Source: Thermoanaerobaculia bacterium (lineage in GTDB: Bacteria; Acidobacteriota; Thermoanaerobaculia; Gp7-AA8). Taken from it: 64,000 nt of DNA. Position 1 is the first letter of the stretch. Each line of letters opens with the position of its first letter. The notes beneath the pieces are model-generated. The model saw only the letters and a program-made list of their open reading frames with translations. It was not told the origin of the DNA and searched no databases. The DNA lies in assembly GCA_035569395.1 (NCBI GenBank), contig DATMNC010000002.1, positions 75,593 to 139,592 of the forward strand. The letters run 5' to 3'. The translations under genes and the position numbers were made by a program. This document shows positions 59,541-64,000 of the stretch, in pieces.

Positions 59541-60712
59541 GGCCGCATGATATCGGAGAGCGTCCGCTCGACCGCCGGCAATGACGGACGCAGAAGATCG
59601 AAGAGCGCACCGTTCATGAGTGCCAGGTCGCCGGGATAGGTGGCCACGATCTGAAGCGGAAAACGCTCGAAGATCTCGGCGTCGCATCGGCGCCGCAGCC
59701 GTTGCACGATCGTTCGCTTGGCCGCGATGCGGTCGCCGTGCGCGATGATCCATTCGAAGGCGCGGAACTGCATCGTCGTCAGCGGATCATCGATCGCCGC
59801 CAGCGGTTTGGCGCCGAAGAGCTTTCGCCGTGCACGGGCGAAGATGCCGCGAGACGACTTCGACGTCTTCGAGAACGGCTCACGCGTCAGTTCGGCAGCA
59901 TTGGCGTTGCGGGTAGTGGCGTAATGGTGGAGGCGCGCCAGGAAGGTGAAGAAAAGCGCGCCCGAGACGTCGTGAAGCGATTCGTAGTTTTTCAGCGCGG
60001 TCTGCAGGGCATTGCGCTCGAAGAGAACGCCGCGTTCGAAGTCGCCCAGCCTCTGGCTCGTCGCGCTCGACTTGTGGCGGACGACGGCGCGCGGCTCGTA
60101 CAGAACGCGGAAGCCGGCCAGCCAGGATCGCCAGCCGAAGTCGACGTCCTCGAGGTAGGCGAAATAGTCGTCGTCGAATCCGCCCAGCGCGAGGAGCGGC
60201 TCGCGGCGGGAAATCATGTTGCCGCCGCAAGCAAAGAGGATCTCCGCCCCGGCGGCCGGCTCCTCGCGCGATGTCAGCGGGTAGCGGAAGCCGTTCTGGA
60301 AGGCGTGTCCGTCGAACGTCAGCGCGCCGCCGATGAAATCGATCAGCTCTCCGGACGGATCGACGATCTTTCCGCCGACGGAGACGACATCCTCCGGAGA
60401 GTGCTCGATGGCGTCGACCAGCGATGCCAGCCAGCCTTGCTGTGGAACGGCATCGTTGTTGAGGAAGACCACATTGCGCGCGGGTGAGCGGACCAGCGCC
60501 GCCGCAAGGCCGCCGGTGAAGCCATGGTTCGCGCCGAGCGGGAGCAGGCGAACGGCCGGGTAGCGGCCGGCGATTGCGCCGATGCTTCCGTCCGTCGATC
60601 CGTTGTCGACGACCGTGATCATGGCGCCGTCGAAACGCTGCGACGACACTGCCTCGAGGCAGGCCAGCGTGTCCTCGCGGCTGTTCCAGTTGACGACGAT
60701 GACGTCGACCAC
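59537..60712 (-). CDS. Glycosyltransferase family 2
   Basis: DVIVVNWNSREDTLACLEAV, TVVDNGSTDGS, FLNNDAV; start set at an in-frame GTG just downstream of the upstream gene stop. Confidence 0.7.
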   Translation of the reverse strand: MVDVIVVNWNSREDTLACLEAVSSQRFDGAMITVVDNGSTDGSIGAIAGRYPAVRLLPLGANHGFTGGLAAALVRSPARNVVFLNNDAVPQQGWLASLVDAIEHSPEDVVSVGGKIVDPSGELIDFIGGALTFDGHAFQNGFRYPLTSREEPAAGAEILFACGGNMISRREPLLALGGFDDDYFAYLEDVDFGWRSWLAGFRVLYEPRAVVRHKSSATSQRLGDFERGVLFERNALQTALKNYESLHDVSGALFFTFLARLHHYATTRNANAAELTREPFSKTSKSSRGIFARARRKLFGAKPLAAIDDPLTTMQFRAFEWIIAHGDRIAAKRTIVQRLRRRCDAEIFERFPLQIVATYPGDLALMNGALFDLLRPSLPAVERTLSDIMRP

Positions 60713-60720
60713 CGGCGCGT

Positions 60721-61941
60721 TCAGGACGATCCTCCCATGCGGCGTTTGATGCGATCGAGGAACGAGCGTGAGCGATCCGGCACATGCATGCTCGCCGCAA
60801 ACGCATCCTTCCGCGGATCGGCGCACGGGTGGCGGACGAAATCGACCAGCGGCTGCAGCGTATGCGGCCACTGATGCTCGTCGACGAAGCGCCGTGCTCC
60901 CTCGCGCATCCGCTCATTGCCCAGCACGCGTACCAGCGCCTTCGCGAAATCCTCCGGTGACGCGGAATGAACGATCTCTCCCGCGCCGTAGCGGATCAGC
61001 AGCTCATCGGTGCCGCGCGCGCTGCTGGTTACGATCGGCAGTTGACCCCACAGGTAGTCGTAGATCCTGGTCCGCATCGACAGGTCCGTCTCGATCGATT
61101 GCGGGAACGTCAGCAAAGCCGCGCCGAATCGGCCGTAAAACGCGGCGCGCTGTTCGTAAGCGACCCACGGCTCGAAGCGGACGAAGTCGTATCCCTTTCG
61201 TTTGGTGTGCTCGATCGCCTCGGCGAGTTTTCCCTGTGGCGTCAGCGACGGGTTCGGATGCGTCGTAAACGTCAGTGTCACATCCGGCAACGATGCCCGC
61301 GCGATGGCGACAGCATCGATGGCCAGTATCGGGTCATACCAGTCATAGATCCCACCGAAGAGAACGCCTGGGACCGCGGGCGTCTCGCCCGCGCTCGATG
61401 GAGGAGGTACCCCAAACGGCGCGATGCGGATCAACTTGTCGAAATGCGGATCGTTCCCGAAGGCGATCGGATTCACGCGGCCGGCGGCCAGCAACGCGCC
61501 GAGGTAGAAAAGGCGCTGCGCTTCAGACGCGCAGAGGAACAGATCGCCGCGCAGCAGCGACTGCATCAACGTCGCATGATCGTGCGTGAAGACCTCGGCG
61601 CCGTGTGCCGGGTAGTAGTGCAGATTCTCGATGATGAACGGGTCGTACAGATCGACGACCGTCGGGATCGGCGATTCATGGGCAAATCCATGTCCGAAAA
61701 AGTCATTCGCGGCGTGCCCCTGCACCACGGCCACCTCCGCCTCGCTCGTGTGTCGATGCAGACTCTCCGGCGTGATCTCGCCGGCGCGGCAGCCAGCCAC
61801 TGATCCGGCGTCGGGCGAGAGGAGCATCACCTCGTGACCGTCGGCCAGAAGGACGTTCGCCATCTCCAGGAAACGGATGCCGATCCCGGCCGGCTGGTGA
61901 TGGCCAAGCGGTTCCGGGCACACGAGCAGCGCACGCGTCAT
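60721..61941 (-). CDS. Glycosyltransferase family 4 (GT-B, group 1)
   Basis: MTRALLVCPEPLGHHQPAGIGIRFLEMANVLLADGHEV N-terminal GT-B domain; ATGA overlap with the upstream gene. Confidence 0.65.
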   Translation of the reverse strand: MTRALLVCPEPLGHHQPAGIGIRFLEMANVLLADGHEVMLLSPDAGSVAGCRAGEITPESLHRHTSEAEVAVVQGHAANDFFGHGFAHESPIPTVVDLYDPFIIENLHYYPAHGAEVFTHDHATLMQSLLRGDLFLCASEAQRLFYLGALLAAGRVNPIAFGNDPHFDKLIRIAPFGVPPPSSAGETPAVPGVLFGGIYDWYDPILAIDAVAIARASLPDVTLTFTTHPNPSLTPQGKLAEAIEHTKRKGYDFVRFEPWVAYEQRAAFYGRFGAALLTFPQSIETDLSMRTRIYDYLWGQLPIVTSSARGTDELLIRYGAGEIVHSASPEDFAKALVRVLGNERMREGARRFVDEHQWPHTLQPLVDFVRHPCADPRKDAFAASMHVPDRSRSFLDRIKRRMGGSS

Positions 61942-63803
61942 CCGCGCCCTTTCACCCGCTCGACGATCGTGTGAAGCTTCCACGTCCGCGACCGGAAGAT
62001 GGTGTCGAGCAGGTTCTGCAGGCGTGCCACCTCGGCGTACAGAGCGCCGTTCGTGCGGTGCATCTCGGCCACGACCGTTTGACTCGCGGCAAAGGCAGGC
62101 TCGAGCTCCGCCACGCGCGCGACGGCGACATAACGCTCGCTGTTCGACTGGCTCAAGGCGCCGCGGATCTCCACATTCGCTCCTTCGAGATGGCTGATGC
62201 GCATCATGGTCTCGTTGATCCGCTCGCTGAGCGCGCCAATCTGGGCGATGAGCGATTGTTTGTCGCGTTCCAGGCGCGCCACCTCCTGCTCCATGCGACC
62301 GCGCGCGCCGCGCGCTTCGACCAGCTCGCCCTCGACCGCGGCCGTGCGTCGTTTCTCACGTTCGAATACGTTCGCCAGGAGGTTCTCGCCCATGAGCGCG
62401 GCGTGTTTGCGCCAGACCTGCAGCTTCGCATTCCGGAAGACCGGGGAGCCCTCGGGATTGGCCATCACGACTGACCCGCCCCCTTTGATGTGCCGGATCT
62501 CGCAGGTGATGCGCGGCACGCGGACGAAATCGCCGCGCTGGGCCAGACGAATCAGGAAGTCCCAGTCCTCGAACAGATCGAAGGCCGGATCGAACCCGCC
62601 GAGGTCGAGGAAGTCGGCGCGGCGGAAGAGAAGCGTCGGAAGCGGGATGTAGTTGTCGATGAGGAGCAGTTCGCGATCGAAGTCGCGCGCGTAGATTCGC
62701 ATCGTCTCGCGGTTCGAACCGTCGATGAACGCGGAGACGGCATCGCTGTACCACCCGCAAGCATCTGATCCATTAGCTGCATCCGACAACGTCGGTAGAT
62801 GCTCGGAGTAGTGAAGGTCATCGTCGTCGAGAAAGGCGATGTAGCCACTTGAGGCGGCGCGCACGCCGGCATTCGCGGCCTCGGAGCGTCCGCGCGACGT
62901 CTCATGCTCGACCATGGTTACGCCTTCGAATTCAGGCCGCGCACCTCCGTCGTTGACGATGACGATTTCCGCCGGATATCCCGAGGCCCGGATCGATGCC
63001 ACCGCCTCGGCGAGGAGCGCCGGCCGGTCCTTCGTCCGGACGATCACGCTGATCGGCAACGGCTCGCGAACGATCTCGATGCGCTGGGGTCCCATCGATT
63101 CACGCAACGCGCTGAACGGCGTCGTGCGCAGCGACGGAAGTGCGGTCGTCCAATACGCCTCGGCGAACTTGACGTGCGCCGGGAGCGTCATCGATCGCCA
63201 GGCATTGAATCCGCGCGCGTACGACGTGTAATCGCGGATTGCCGTCTGCGATGCATGCGCCTGAATGGCCGCGTACTTCGTGTCGGCGACCGCTGTGATG
63301 TCAACCAGCGCGTTCGGCCGCAACGGCGCGCTGACCTCATAAAACGCAACGCGCGCCACCCCCAGATCCGCGAAGAGCGCCGGGTCACGCGCGATGAGGT
63401 TGCAGAACGCGCGCGAAAGAGCGACGTGATCGGGATGGATCTCGAGCGGGCTGGGGACGGCGATCAGGTCCGGCTTCCAGCCGGCGAGGATCGCGGCCAG
63501 CCGGTCTTCGAGGTCGCGTGCGCTCTCGAGCGCGCGGTCGGGAAACCCCAGGAACTCGATCGTGGCCTCGCCGAGGAGCGCCAGGGCCGCGCGCGACTCC
63601 GCCTCGCGTTGCGCACCGTCGCCGGCTTGTGCGCCATCGGTCGCTACCACCACGTGCACGGGGCGGCCATCGCGCAGATGCAGCGCCACCAGTCCGCCGC
63701 AACCGATGACTTCGTCGTCCGGATGCGGCGACAGGACCAGGAGGCGCTCGCCGCGTAAGTCCTGCGGCTCGAATGGAATCGCCTCCGCTTCGGGCATGAT
63801 CAT
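61938..63803 (-). CDS. Fusion of PIG-L/LmbE-family deacetylase, GT2 glycosyltransferase and a C-terminal coiled coil
   Basis: LVLSPHPDDEVIGCGGL (LmbE motif) then ISVIVRTKDRPALL...IVIVNDGG...FLDDDD (GT2), then heptad-like ELVEARGARGRMEQEVARLERDKQSLIAQIGALSERI. Confidence 0.7.
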   Translation of the reverse strand: MIMPEAEAIPFEPQDLRGERLLVLSPHPDDEVIGCGGLVALHLRDGRPVHVVVATDGAQAGDGAQREAESRAALALLGEATIEFLGFPDRALESARDLEDRLAAILAGWKPDLIAVPSPLEIHPDHVALSRAFCNLIARDPALFADLGVARVAFYEVSAPLRPNALVDITAVADTKYAAIQAHASQTAIRDYTSYARGFNAWRSMTLPAHVKFAEAYWTTALPSLRTTPFSALRESMGPQRIEIVREPLPISVIVRTKDRPALLAEAVASIRASGYPAEIVIVNDGGARPEFEGVTMVEHETSRGRSEAANAGVRAASSGYIAFLDDDDLHYSEHLPTLSDAANGSDACGWYSDAVSAFIDGSNRETMRIYARDFDRELLLIDNYIPLPTLLFRRADFLDLGGFDPAFDLFEDWDFLIRLAQRGDFVRVPRITCEIRHIKGGGSVVMANPEGSPVFRNAKLQVWRKHAALMGENLLANVFEREKRRTAAVEGELVEARGARGRMEQEVARLERDKQSLIAQIGALSERINETMMRISHLEGANVEIRGALSQSNSERYVAVARVAELEPAFAASQTVVAEMHRTNGALYAEVARLQNLLDTIFRSRTWKLHTIVERVKGRG

Positions 63804-64000
63804 GGCATCGGATTATAGGTGGTCCGTATAATTCAGCCATCCGTGAGACATGACGAGCATCAAACGATCGCCGGCGTTCTATCGCTGATCCGCGCCCTTA
63901 CCGGCCCAGCGACGCGCGCGGACAACATCGGCGACCTCTTCGTCTCGTCGTTCCGCGCGCTCGACCACGCCATCGATTTCGACCTCGCCGCCGCGGTGAT

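Noticed and set aside
63840-64000. Partial ORF at the right edge
   Set aside because: Only a short frame (MTSIKRSPAFYR then stop) and an unterminated fragment are present. Support is insufficient to call a gene.

Overview
This is a 64-kb, high-GC (~67%) bacterial chromosomal window. Gene content and repeat style suggest an Acidobacteria-like soil bacterium, but the taxon cannot be proven from sequence. Nearly all calls rest on motif recognition in the supplied six-frame translations plus reading the DNA; no database search was possible.

Gene content:
- Housekeeping genes at the left end: cdaA, folP and murA (minus strand), then an MBL-fold hydrolase.
- A ~6-kb lower-GC accessory island (~5.3-11.6 kb) with no integrase or tRNA. 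It carries a HEPN/MNT toxin-antitoxin pair, a DprA-like gene behind a 27-bp perfect palindrome, a cluster of GC-rich stem-loops, an AT-rich array of 42-bp and 21-bp tandem repeats, two paralogous XRE regulators each followed by a nuclease (an NYN/LabA-like gene with an in-frame TGA, and a PD-(D/E)xK-like 396-aa protein), and a DUF429 protein.
- A DUF4160/DUF2442 pair, a GDPD phosphodiesterase, YjbQ and a large secreted W-repeat protein.
- A Ser/Thr kinase with a zinc ribbon and PEGA domain, a hybrid PAS histidine kinase with a divergent tandem-REC regulator, and an H+-pyrophosphatase.
- A MidA/NDUFAF7-like methyltransferase followed by a promoter and an 11-gene nuo operon (nuoABCD-HIJKLMN) that lacks nuoEFG. 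NuoC carries a C-terminal RnfB-type 4-Cys Fe-S domain, and hairpin repeat elements sit at the C|D and D|H junctions.
- atpZ-atpI-atpB-atpE (the c subunit has an N-terminal presequence) and a terminator directly after nuoN.
- An XRE-TPR-secreted protein operon.
- A polysaccharide locus: a Wzm permease separated by FG-GAP and giant PKD secreted proteins from Wzt (with a C-terminal carbohydrate-binding domain), several GT2 genes, a GT2-methyltransferase fusion, GNAT, a stand-alone REC, a methyltransferase, a deacetylase, an LpxL-like acyltransferase, a GT4 and an LmbE-GT2 fusion.

Throughout the window, intergenic regions hold hairpin elements whose arms are tandem 7-8-mers mirrored by their reverse complements. 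There are several unit families, plus a 20-bp palindrome CACAGACAAGAGTGTCTGTG present three times.
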